A stretch of DNA of 64,000 bases from Trueperaceae bacterium. GTDB lineage: Bacteria; Deinococcota; Deinococci; Deinococcales; Trueperaceae. Under the pieces are notes generated by a model. The model ran no database searches and was not told the DNA's origin. It saw only the letters and a list, made by a program, of their open reading frames with translations. Every line of letters starts with the position of its first letter. Positions within the stretch are counted from its first letter, which is position 1. This document shows, piece by piece, positions 55,431 to 64,000 of this stretch. A program made the position numbers and the translations under genes. Location of the stretch: positions 3,616,001 to 3,680,000 of the forward strand of contig OZ243927.1 in NCBI GenBank assembly GCA_965213925.1, read 5' to 3'.

Positions 55431-55463
55431 GTAAGAATCAGCTAAGAGGTCACGCCTTAAACT
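55431..55463 (+). promoter_or_regulatory. Direct-repeat box plus -10 element
   Basis: GTAAG-N6-CTAAG-N11-TAAACT. Confidence 0.5.
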
Positions 55464-55491
55464 AAAGAATAGAAATGGAGGAGCGTCCTAC

Positions 55492-57276
55492 ATGACCCGC
55501 GCGAGCGTTCAAATTGAACAAGAGCAGAGCGTCAGCCACAAGGTTGACGAGCTTAACGCGCTCGCTTGGGAGCTGCGCCGCACCGACACAAAGCGCTCGC
55601 TCGTGCTCGCTGAGGAGGCGCTCCGGCTCGCCCGGGCTGAGGGGTATGACGGCGGTCAGGCGTACAGCCTGCTCGCGCTAGGCTACGGCGCGATGCGCTC
55701 GTCCGACCTGCGAGCGGCGCAGACGAAAGTGCAGCGCGCCGCCGAGTTCTTCGGCGCTTCCGGTGATCAAGAGGGCAGTCGCCGAGCGCTCAACACGTTA
55801 GGCATTATCAATGGACAGTCCGGCAACTACGCGGGAGCACTTAAAACGTTTCTCACCTTGCAGCGTTTGTGCGCCGCAGCAGGCGAGCCTAAAGCGCTAG
55901 CGGACGCGCTCAACAACACGGGCATCGCGTATTTTCATCTCGGCGACCACACCAACGCCCTGAACTACCACTTTAGAGCGCTAGACGCTTTTCGCGAAGC
56001 AGCGTATTCACCTGGCGAAGTCACTACGTTTATCAACATCGGCATGGTCTACTTCGAGCGAGGTCACTTTGGGGAGGCGTTGGGCGCGTTTTTACAGGCG
56101 AAAAACGGCGAGGTCGAGGACAAGTACACGCACGCCCTCTTGCGTAACCACCTCGGGCGCACCTATTTGCAGCTCGGTCAGTTCGAACAAGCGCTCGTCC
56201 ACAACCAAGAGAGCTTAACCCTTATGACCGCCCTAGACGACCGCTTGGGCGCGAGCTACGCCCAAGACGACCTCGCGGCGATCTACGTCAAGCTCGGGCA
56301 GACGGAGCAAGCCGAAGCGTGTCTGACGCAGAGCTTAGGGACCAAAAGGGGCGCGGGCGACATCAAAGGGGAAGCGGAGGTCTGCTTGCAGCTCGGCGAC
56401 CTCTACTTGCGGATGGGAAGGCTCGAGCTTGCCTTAGACACGCTGCACGAAGGGCTCGACAACGCGGAAAAGAGCGATGCGGGAGACGAAGTCCGCAAGG
56501 CGCACCGCGCGCTCGCCGCTGTATACAAGAAAAACCGCCAGTTTCGCGAGGCTTGCTTGCACTTAGAAAAGCACGAAGACTTCAGCCAAGAAGCCTTCAA
56601 CCGCGACTCCGACCTCCGGCTCCAAGCCTTGCGCGTACAGCATGAGGTCGAGCAGACCGAGCGCGAGAAGGAACTCTACCGCCTTAAAAACGTCGAGCTT
56701 GCGCAGGCGGTCGAGGCGCTCCGCGAGCTGACCGCGTCGCTACAAGCAGCCAACGACGAAAAAGCCACCTTGCTGAGCCAGTTGGAGAAGCAGTCATGCG
56801 AGGACGGTCTCACGGGTCTTTACAACCGCCGCTACTTGGACGAGTCGTTAGCACAAGCCTTCGCAGACGCCAAGCGTTACGGCCGCGAACTGAGCGTCGT
56901 CGTATGCGACATCGACCACTTCAAGCGCGTCAACGACACCTTCTCGCACCAGATGGGCGACGTGGTGCTTAAAGAGGTCGCGCGGCTTCTTAAAAGCGGC
57001 GTTCGTCAAGGCGACACCGTCGCGCGTTACGGCGGTGAGGAATTCGTCATCGTGCTGCCCGAAGCGTGCGCGCAAAGCGCAGCGCATATCGTCGAGCGCA
57101 TCCGCCAGACGATTCAAAACCACCCCTGGCACACCTTCCACCCCGGGCTTAAAATCACGATGAGCGCCGGTCTCTCGGACGACCTCTCCTCCGAAAATTA
57201 CGAAAAGTTAGTCGGCACTGCTGACAAAAAGCTCTACGAGGCGAAGCGCGGGGGCAGAAATCGGCTCGTCGTGTAA
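55492..57276 (+). CDS. TPR-repeat diguanylate cyclase (GGDEF)
   Basis: Multiple TPRs (ALNTLG, ALNNTG), DGLTGLYNRR, DIDHFKRVND, RQGD I-site, RYGGEEF. Confidence 0.93.
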   Translation: MTRASVQIEQEQSVSHKVDELNALAWELRRTDTKRSLVLAEEALRLARAEGYDGGQAYSLLALGYGAMRSSDLRAAQTKVQRAAEFFGASGDQEGSRRALNTLGIINGQSGNYAGALKTFLTLQRLCAAAGEPKALADALNNTGIAYFHLGDHTNALNYHFRALDAFREAAYSPGEVTTFINIGMVYFERGHFGEALGAFLQAKNGEVEDKYTHALLRNHLGRTYLQLGQFEQALVHNQESLTLMTALDDRLGASYAQDDLAAIYVKLGQTEQAEACLTQSLGTKRGAGDIKGEAEVCLQLGDLYLRMGRLELALDTLHEGLDNAEKSDAGDEVRKAHRALAAVYKKNRQFREACLHLEKHEDFSQEAFNRDSDLRLQALRVQHEVEQTEREKELYRLKNVELAQAVEALRELTASLQAANDEKATLLSQLEKQSCEDGLTGLYNRRYLDESLAQAFADAKRYGRELSVVVCDIDHFKRVNDTFSHQMGDVVLKEVARLLKSGVRQGDTVARYGGEEFVIVLPEACAQSAAHIVERIRQTIQNHPWHTFHPGLKITMSAGLSDDLSSENYEKLVGTADKKLYEAKRGGRNRLVV

Positions 57277-57370
57277 GCTGCAGAAACAAGAAGCGCTCGA
57301 GCCCTCTCCCATAATCGACGCGGTACAATCAACATGGTGCGAACGTCAGCCGAACCTGCTGACACACCGT

Positions 57371-58510
57371 CTACACCTTGTTCTTTCTCAACTCTGAGAG
57401 CGAATAGCGCGTACCCCGCCACGAAATACTCCCGCGCCACAGGGCCTTAGCAACTGCCTCTAAGGTCGCGTAACAAACCAGCGTGACGCCAAAAGGGTGC
57501 AGCGCCGCGTACCACACGGGCAATTTGGAAAGCCGCTTATTCCAAGCATAGACAAAGAATACGGTGACGACGGAGAAGGCGAACAGCCAACGCGCCAACC
57601 CCTCCGCGAAAAATACCGCGATGAAAGGGAGCACGTTGGTTACGAAGAGGCTGGCAACACCGAGTAGAGCAAGAGGTAGCGAGTAATTCAGCCCCGCAAA
57701 GGCGTTTTTATTGAGTCCGCGAATCGCCTCGCGCAGGCCCGTATACCACTCCACTTGCATGAGTTCAGGCGCAAAAACCGCCTCTTGCTTGTAGCCCGCC
57801 CTCTTCACGAGCTTACCGAGCTTCATGTCGTCGTCCGGGCGCAGGGCGATAGCTTGGTGCGTGCCCACCTTTTCGTACACCTCTTTCTTCAAGAGGTTGA
57901 ACGCGCCGATGCCGATGTGCCACCTCGAATTAGGCTTACTCGCACGCCACGGCTGGCTATAAATGCTAAAGAGGAGCGAAAACGCCGAGACAAACGCCTT
58001 GAGTGGGACGCTTTTGGCTTCTAAATAGGGCAGCGCGGCGAGGTGGTCTAGGTTTTGCCTTTGAGCGTAAGCGACAGCGATAGCGAGTGCGTGCGCGTCG
58101 AAACGTACATCCGCGTCCGTGAAGAGGAGCCACTTCCCTCTTGCCCTCTTCGCACCCACATAAAGCGCATGGTTCTTGCCGAGCCAGCCTTCGGGCAAGG
58201 TCTCGATGTGGATGACCTCTAAGCGCGAAACCCTCTTCTTCATCCCCTCCAAAATCTCGCCTGTGCGGTCGGTCGAGCGGTCATTTAAGACGATAATCTC
58301 TAAGTTTGGGTAATCCTGCGCTAAGACAGACTCCAAACTCCGCTCGAGGTCTCGCTCCTCGTTGAGCGCAGGGATAATCACCGAAAGCGTCGGGTAGGCA
58401 TCCAACATCGGTTCGCCGTGCGTGAGCTGGGTGATGCGGCGCATCCCCCTGTACCAATCCAAACCGAGAACGAGCCAGGAAAGGAGAATCGCGCCAGCGA
58501 GCCATGTCAT
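57371..58510 (-). CDS. Glycosyltransferase family 2 (membrane-bound; carotenoid/lipid glycosyltransferase-like)
   Basis: SVIIPALNEE, NDRSTD, GWLGKNHA, FTDAD, DDMKLG, C-terminal TM helices, ISWRG. Confidence 0.85.
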   Translation of the reverse strand: MTWLAGAILLSWLVLGLDWYRGMRRITQLTHGEPMLDAYPTLSVIIPALNEERDLERSLESVLAQDYPNLEIIVLNDRSTDRTGEILEGMKKRVSRLEVIHIETLPEGWLGKNHALYVGAKRARGKWLLFTDADVRFDAHALAIAVAYAQRQNLDHLAALPYLEAKSVPLKAFVSAFSLLFSIYSQPWRASKPNSRWHIGIGAFNLLKKEVYEKVGTHQAIALRPDDDMKLGKLVKRAGYKQEAVFAPELMQVEWYTGLREAIRGLNKNAFAGLNYSLPLALLGVASLFVTNVLPFIAVFFAEGLARWLFAFSVVTVFFVYAWNKRLSKLPVWYAALHPFGVTLVCYATLEAVAKALWRGSISWRGTRYSLSELRKNKV

Positions 58511-58609
58511 CGTTTTTTATCTTAGCGCCGTCACCCCCTAAGAGGTCGCGTTGGGCTTACGTCAAGAGGCGCGTCCTCGGTTTCTTCGGGGAGGTGGTAT
58601 GAAAGAGGT

Positions 58610-59545
58610 ATGGCTGTTTTTGTCGTGGACAAACCTCTCGGCGTCACCTCGCACGACGTTGTAGCGCGGGCGCGAAAACTCCTCAAAACCAAGCGGGTCG
58701 GTCACGCGGGCACGCTCGACCCTTTGGCGACGGGCGTGCTCATCATCTTGACCAAAGACGCCACCAAACTCTCCCCTTTTCTCACTGAGTCGGACAAAAC
58801 TTATCTCGCTTGGGTCTCGTTCGGCGCGAGCACGCCGACGCTGGACGCTGAAGGACCGATTGAAGAAAGTGGGGACGCTTCACACCTCACATGCGAAGAG
58901 GTCGAGAGGGCGTTGCCGCTCTTTTTGGAGTTGAGCGAACAGCTTCCGCCACAGTATTCCGCGATTAAAAAGGGGGGCGTGAAAGGCTACGAAGCGGCGC
59001 GAAAGGGTGAGGATTTGGAACTGCCGCCGCGTTCGGCGGGTTACAAATCCATCCAGCTTCTAGGCTTTGCAGATAAGAGAGACGCGCTGCCGAGCGCGTT
59101 TAGCCCTACGGAGAGAGGGTGGACGCCGAGCGAAAACGGGCAGACGTTCGACCTCCCCGAACCTCTTTCTACGCTGCCTACGGCGCTCCTCTCAGTAGAG
59201 GTACAAGCAGGGACATATATTCGGGCATTTGCCAGGGACTTAGGGACAGCGCTAGGTGTGCCCGCGCACCTCTCAGGCTTGGTGAGGACGCAAGCGGGGC
59301 GCAGTAAACTGGAAGAGGCGGTGAGGCTCGAGACCCTCCCCAGCGAACAAGGCAAGAGCAAAGCCGACGCGCTTCCCTATCCGCTGATTAAGTTGGATGA
59401 ACAAGAGGTCACGAGAGTACGCCAGGGACAGCGGCTCAGCTTAAACCTCACAGAGCGCGTCGGGCTCGTAGATAAAGTGGGGGAACTCGTGGCTGTTGCC
59501 GAGCCGCAAGGGGATAGATTCAGCTTACTGCGGGTCTGGCAATAG
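58610..59545 (+). CDS. truB: tRNA pseudouridine(55) synthase
   Basis: DKPLGVTSHDVV, GHAGTLDPLATG, PPQYSAIK, GTYIR. Confidence 0.96.
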   Translation: MAVFVVDKPLGVTSHDVVARARKLLKTKRVGHAGTLDPLATGVLIILTKDATKLSPFLTESDKTYLAWVSFGASTPTLDAEGPIEESGDASHLTCEEVERALPLFLELSEQLPPQYSAIKKGGVKGYEAARKGEDLELPPRSAGYKSIQLLGFADKRDALPSAFSPTERGWTPSENGQTFDLPEPLSTLPTALLSVEVQAGTYIRAFARDLGTALGVPAHLSGLVRTQAGRSKLEEAVRLETLPSEQGKSKADALPYPLIKLDEQEVTRVRQGQRLSLNLTERVGLVDKVGELVAVAEPQGDRFSLLRVWQ

Positions 59546-59548
59546 CGT

Positions 59549-60259
59549 TTGTTGCGGGTGTTTTCACAGTGCCTATACAATGTACTCGAGATTTTCGGTC
59601 AATCAGTACGTTGTTACGGGGGTGAATTTGTGCGAGCAAGGCAGCGACGTAGAAAGCGGGCGAAAGTTTTTCTTCTGTCCAATCTCTCTATCATCGCGCT
59701 TATTGCTGCGTTCTTCTTCGGCTATCGTTGGTTTTTTAGTGACCCGAGTCTAAAACCTGAGAGCTTCTCAGCCGACTTGCCACAGGATAGAGCTGCCGGA
59801 GCCCTCCACGAGGATATCGTCAATGGTGACGTCACGCTCCGCGTCACCTCTTACGAGCGCTTTAGCGCCGACGAGCTTCCGCCGGATATGGAGTTGGGCG
59901 CAAGGGCGACACCTGGGCGGACAACGCATTATGTCGCGCTCGAGCTCACCCTCCAAAATCGAGGGGACGAGCCCGTGTCGGCTGACTACTACGGGCAAGT
60001 TCAGTGCATGGACTTCCTGCTGGGCTCGAGGCAACCTACACCTCAAACGTATCTACCCGCGCTCCCTCGCGAGACCGAACGTGTTGCGGAGGCAACCGCC
60101 CTGCCGCCCCAGGCAATTCCTCCTAAAGAAGTGTTGCAGGGTTTCCTCGTCTTTCCTATCCCCGCATCTGCTAAAGCGCTGTCTCTGTTCGCGCTACCGC
60201 AAGCGGGGTGTACTGAGGCGCTACCGGCGTTTGAAGTTGGGCTCGAGCCCACCCCTTAA
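59549..60259 (+). CDS. Membrane-anchored hypothetical protein (DUF4352-like Ig fold); start probably about 59629
   Basis: Basic patch plus a single TM helix, YVALELTLQNRGDEP...IPPKEVLQGFLVFPIP. Confidence 0.6.
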   Translation: MLRVFSQCLYNVLEIFGQSVRCYGGEFVRARQRRRKRAKVFLLSNLSIIALIAAFFFGYRWFFSDPSLKPESFSADLPQDRAAGALHEDIVNGDVTLRVTSYERFSADELPPDMELGARATPGRTTHYVALELTLQNRGDEPVSADYYGQVQCMDFLLGSRQPTPQTYLPALPRETERVAEATALPPQAIPPKEVLQGFLVFPIPASAKALSLFALPQAGCTEALPAFEVGLEPTP

Positions 60260-60320
60260 AGTTGTATAAAAGTCTGAATACACCGTGTAGTTCGTCTCTC
60301 AAAGTGTCGTACACTACCTT

Positions 60321-61448
60321 ATGAAACTAGGCATCCCAAAAGAGGTCAAACGGCACGAGTACCGCGTCTCGGCGACGCCGGGCGCGGTCAAGGCATTTGT
60401 AGACGCGGGGCATGAGGTCGTCGTCGAGACGCAAGCAGGCGTCGGCAGCGGCTTTTCCGACGGTGACTACGAGGCGCAGGGCGCGAGGGTCGTGGACAGC
60501 GCGGAGGAGGCGTGGGCGCAGCCGATGGTCATGAAGGTCAAGGAGCCTATCGAGCAGGAGTACGGCTTTTTACGTGACGAACAGTTGCTCTTTACCTATT
60601 TACACCTCGCCGCCGACAAGCCGCTCACCAAGGCGCTCCTGAGCGCAGGCACGACGGCGGTGGCGTACGAGACGGTGCAGCTTCCGGACAAGTCGCTCCC
60701 GCTCCTCACACCGATGAGCGAGGTTGCGGGGCGCATGGCGTCGCAGGTGGGGGCGTTCTATCTGAGCAAGTTTTTGGGCGGGCGCGGGCTGCTCTTAGGC
60801 GGTGTGCCGGGCGTGCAAGCGGGCGAGGTCGTCGTGTTAGGCGGCGGCGTCGTCGGGACGAACGCGGCGAAGATCGCGCTGGGGCTCGGGGCCAAGGTGA
60901 CGATTTTGGATATCGACCACTCGAGGCTCCAATACTTCGACGACATCTTCGGCAGCCGCATCCAGACGCTCGCCAGCACGCCCGCCAACATCGCGGAGGT
61001 GGTCACGAAGGCGGACCTCTTGGTGGGCGCGGTTTTAATTCCTGGCGCGAAAGCGCCGAACCTCGTCACAAAGGCGATGGTCGGCACGATGAAAGCGGGC
61101 AGCGTTATCGTGGACGTGGCGGTGGACCAGGGCGGCTGCATCGAGACGAGCAAACCCACTACGCACGACGAGCCGACCTTCGTGGTGGACGACGTGGTGC
61201 ATTACGGGGTGGCGAACATGCCTGGAGCGGTGCCGAATACGAGCACGATCGCGCTCTCGAACCAGACACTCTCTTACGCGCTCGAGCTTGCCAAACACGG
61301 TACTAAAGCCCTGCAAGACGACGACGCCTTGCTGAAAGGCTTGAACGCGCACCAGGGTCAGCTCACGCATAAAGGCGTGGGGGAGGCGTTCGGGCTCGAG
61401 TCCGTGTCCCCGGAGAACGCCCTCTCCGAGTCTCCGCTGTTTGCCTGA
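60321..61448 (+). CDS. ald: Alanine dehydrogenase
   Basis: GIPKEVK..EYRV, KVKEP, FTYLHLA, PMSEVAG, GGGVVG, DVAVDQGG, VANMPGAVP. Confidence 0.97.
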   Translation: MKLGIPKEVKRHEYRVSATPGAVKAFVDAGHEVVVETQAGVGSGFSDGDYEAQGARVVDSAEEAWAQPMVMKVKEPIEQEYGFLRDEQLLFTYLHLAADKPLTKALLSAGTTAVAYETVQLPDKSLPLLTPMSEVAGRMASQVGAFYLSKFLGGRGLLLGGVPGVQAGEVVVLGGGVVGTNAAKIALGLGAKVTILDIDHSRLQYFDDIFGSRIQTLASTPANIAEVVTKADLLVGAVLIPGAKAPNLVTKAMVGTMKAGSVIVDVAVDQGGCIETSKPTTHDEPTFVVDDVVHYGVANMPGAVPNTSTIALSNQTLSYALELAKHGTKALQDDDALLKGLNAHQGQLTHKGVGEAFGLESVSPENALSESPLFA

Positions 61449-61527
61449 TTCCTTAGTTTGTAGAGGTGTACCCTGGACTCATCGTAAAGGTGGCTTACAG
61501 GGTACACGCGAGCGTCGCCGCAGCAAG

Positions 61528-62988
61528 CTACCCCTTCACGACCTCTTTGCGCGCTCCGAGCTTCCAGCGCACCCCTTCGGGCGTATCCTCCAGCACCACG
61601 CCGAGCGCCGCCAACCTGTCCCGAATCGCGTCCGCCGAACCGAAGTCGCGCCTGATTCGCGCCTCTTGCCGCTGCTCGCTTACCAGGTTGATAAGCCCGT
61701 CCAAGAGGTCGGTCCGGTCGTCCGACGGGGCGACATGACCGCTGCCGAGTACGCCCAAGACCTCGCCCGCAAGGTCGTCATAGAACGCCCTAGCCGCTCG
61801 TAAGAAGTTTTGGTCAGGCGCTTTAGCCAGTTTCGCGTTGATCTCCCTCGTCGCGTCGAACAGGGCGGCGACCGCGCGGGGCGTGTTGATGTCGTCGTCC
61901 ATCGCCGCGTCGAACTGGTTGCGGTATCCCTTCAGAGGGTCATCCTGAACCTCTTGACCGGCGTCATCCAAGCGGCGCGACACCTCGGCGTAGGTCTCCT
62001 GGATGCGCCTGAGTCCCTGCGCGCTGCCGCGCAAGCTCTCCTCGCTGAAGTCCGAAACCGAACGGTAATGCGTGCCCAGGAGGTGAAAGCGCACCGCGAC
62101 GGGGTCGTGCTCGGCAAAGAGGTCGGCGAGCGTGACGAAATGCCCTTTCGACTTCGCCATCTTTTCGCCGCCCAAAGTCACCATGTTGAAGTGCATCCAC
62201 GTGTTCGCGAACGCTTTGCCCGCCGCTTTCGCCTGCGCGATCTCGCATTCGTGGTGCGGAAAGATGAGGTCTAAGCCGCCGCCGTGGATATCGAAGTGGT
62301 CGCCCAGATACTTGGTGCTCATGACCGAGCACTCGATGTGCCAACCCGGATAGCCCTCGCCCCAGGGGGACGGCCAGCGCATGATGTGACCCGCTTCGGC
62401 TTTTTTCCACAACGCGAAGTCGCGCGGGTCGTCCTTCTCGCCGCGCACTTGTACACGGGTCCCTTCAACAAGGTCGTCCGTGTTGCGACCTGAAAGTTCG
62501 CCGTAATCGTCCCACGCGGACACGTCGAAGTAGACGCTGCCGTTACGTTCGTAGGCGACGCCCGCTTCGATGAGCGCACTAGCGAGTTCGATCTGTTCGG
62601 TGATGTGACCCGAGGCGCGCGGCACGACGTCGGGTCGGCGCACGTTGAGACGCTCGAGCGCGTCGAAATAGGTCCAGAAGTACTTCTCGGCGATCTCCAT
62701 CGGCTCGAGCCGCTCTAACTTCGCCCGCTTGAGAAGTTTATCTTCCCCTTCGTCCGCGTCGTCGGTCAAGTGCCCTACGTCGGTGATGTTCGAAACCATA
62801 CGGACGCGGAGTCGCTTGCGCTCTAAGTAGCGCTTCAACACGTCGAACGTGACGGGACCTCTCGCGTGCCCCAGATGCGGTTCGCTGTAGACGGTCGGCC
62901 CGCAGAAGTAGATGCCGACGTGACCTTCACTAATGGGCTTAAAGGGTTCTTTGGTGCGGGTCAAGCTGTTGTAAAGCTCGAGGGGCAT
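61528..62988 (-). CDS. cysS: Cysteine--tRNA ligase
   Basis: [40 protein letters not shown]. Confidence 0.97.
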   Translation of the reverse strand: MPLELYNSLTRTKEPFKPISEGHVGIYFCGPTVYSEPHLGHARGPVTFDVLKRYLERKRLRVRMVSNITDVGHLTDDADEGEDKLLKRAKLERLEPMEIAEKYFWTYFDALERLNVRRPDVVPRASGHITEQIELASALIEAGVAYERNGSVYFDVSAWDDYGELSGRNTDDLVEGTRVQVRGEKDDPRDFALWKKAEAGHIMRWPSPWGEGYPGWHIECSVMSTKYLGDHFDIHGGGLDLIFPHHECEIAQAKAAGKAFANTWMHFNMVTLGGEKMAKSKGHFVTLADLFAEHDPVAVRFHLLGTHYRSVSDFSEESLRGSAQGLRRIQETYAEVSRRLDDAGQEVQDDPLKGYRNQFDAAMDDDINTPRAVAALFDATREINAKLAKAPDQNFLRAARAFYDDLAGEVLGVLGSGHVAPSDDRTDLLDGLINLVSEQRQEARIRRDFGSADAIRDRLAALGVVLEDTPEGVRWKLGARKEVVKG

Positions 62989-63090
62989 AGTGACAAGCTC
63001 CTTTACAGGCTAAGAGGTGTAACCGTGTGTTTTTAAGGAAAAAAGGTATGGGTTTATCCGTGTGCCGGGAGGACTCGGAAGTCTGACCCG

Positions 63091-63135
63091 CTAAGCAGCT
63101 TTACAACATCGTTCGGTATGGACCTTAAACATCAT
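63091..63135 (-). CDS. Putative cysS leader peptide MMFKVHTERCCKAA
   Basis: 14-aa ORF with tandem TGT-TGT codons, 9 nt after TAGACT, followed by GC-rich sequence and a U-tract before cysS. Confidence 0.55.
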   Translation of the reverse strand: MMFKVHTERCCKAA

Positions 63136-63189
63136 CGTTCTGAAAGTCTAGCACGAATGCGCGGGCGAGGTACGTTAAACTGGTAGACC

Positions 63190-63804
63190 GTGTCTAAAAC
63201 CTCTTACTTCACCGTCGCCAAAGAGACCGAATTCGAAGAGGTCGTGAAGGGCTCGAGGTTTATCGGGCGGGTCTCGAGCGCTCGAAGCGTCCAAGCAGCA
63301 CTCGCCAAACTCGAGGCGGTTCGCGCCACCTACCCCGACGCCACGCACCACCCTTGGGCGTATCTCATCGGCAGTGAGTTGCGCTTTTCGGATGACGGTG
63401 AGCCGGGGGGAACGGCGGGTCGTCCGATGTTAGAAACGCTACAAAAACATGGGCAGAAACGCGCGCTCGACCGCGTAGTCGGCGTCGTGACGCGCTACTA
63501 CGGCGGGACGAAACTCGGGGCGGGCGGCTTGGTGCGGGCGTACGGCGGGACGCTCGCGAAGACCTTGGACGCAGCCGGCGTCGTCGAAGTTAAACCTACC
63601 GTGACACTTTTTGTCAACGTACCGTTTACCGAGCTGGACACCGTACATCGGCTTTTGGATGCGTGGCGCGGGTTGCGCAAGGGGGAGCCCGAGTACACAG
63701 CGCAGGGACTGCGCTTAGCGGTGACGTTGTTCGCGGAAGATGAGGAGAGGTTGGCGCGGACGCTTACAGAGGTGACGCGGGGGCAGGTCGTTCTCAACGC
63801 TTGA
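63190..63804 (+). CDS. yigZ: YigZ/IMPACT family protein
   Basis: VKGSRFIG, ATHHPWAY, SDDGEPGGTAGRP, VTRYYGGTKLGAGGLVRAY. Confidence 0.93.
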   Translation: MSKTSYFTVAKETEFEEVVKGSRFIGRVSSARSVQAALAKLEAVRATYPDATHHPWAYLIGSELRFSDDGEPGGTAGRPMLETLQKHGQKRALDRVVGVVTRYYGGTKLGAGGLVRAYGGTLAKTLDAAGVVEVKPTVTLFVNVPFTELDTVHRLLDAWRGLRKGEPEYTAQGLRLAVTLFAEDEERLARTLTEVTRGQVVLNA

Positions 63805-63830
63805 AAAACCGGAGGGTAAGGCGGCGCGGT

Positions 63831-63859
63831 GTAGGGGCGGGTTTCAAACCCGCCCCTAC
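63831..63859. repeat. GTAG-type REP palindrome
   Basis: GTAGGGGCGGGTTT-C-AAACCCGCCCCTAC between convergent genes. Confidence 0.8.
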
Positions 63860-63909
63860 GTAATAGCGCTGCACACGAATGAAGAGGTGCGGTGACTCAA
63901 GCGAAATTC

Positions 63910-64000
63910 TCAGCGGAAGTAGTCGCGCAAGATGTCTTGATATTCCACCGGGATGCGTCCCTCGTTGATGGCTTCTTCGGCGGCGCGTTCGTACTCGGCG
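63910..64000 (-). CDS. C-terminal end of a hypothetical protein, runs off window end
   Basis: ...AEYERAAEEAINEGRIPVEYQDILRDYFR*. Confidence 0.6.
   Translation of the reverse strand, partial: AEYERAAEEAINEGRIPVEYQDILRDYFR

Overview
High-GC bacterial chromosome segment, most likely Deinococcota (Truepera/Thermus-like). This is inferred from the Thermus-type branched-chain 2-oxo-acid dehydrogenase, an SLH-barrel protein and many near-leaderless TAnnnT promoters. Housekeeping genes include partial mmsA, citrate synthase, BCKDH E1a/E1b/E2, uvrC, birA, zapE, rarA, ackA, a ROK kinase, kynB-kynU, truB, ald, cysS and yigZ. The main candidate system is a five-gene DUF11/Ig-like operon (25052-39895, minus strand). 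Its subunits carry complementary split domains: an N-terminal Asn-bearing donor segment and a C-terminal Lys/Asp-bearing truncated acceptor domain. This suggests a sortase-independent, covalently polymerised fibre with chaperone-like, shaft, base, outer-membrane barrel and frameshifted tip components. Other candidates: an AT-rich nuclease-NTPase-S1 putative defence gene; a shared OmpR/PhoB-type promoter box upstream of several envelope and signalling genes; a subtilase with a conserved heptapeptide repeat beside a TPR-GGDEF cyclase; two structured leader/ncRNA candidates; a Cys-Cys leader peptide before cysS; two unannotated membrane microproteins; and REP/MITE-like repeats. All calls come from reading the sequence by eye; no database searches were run.
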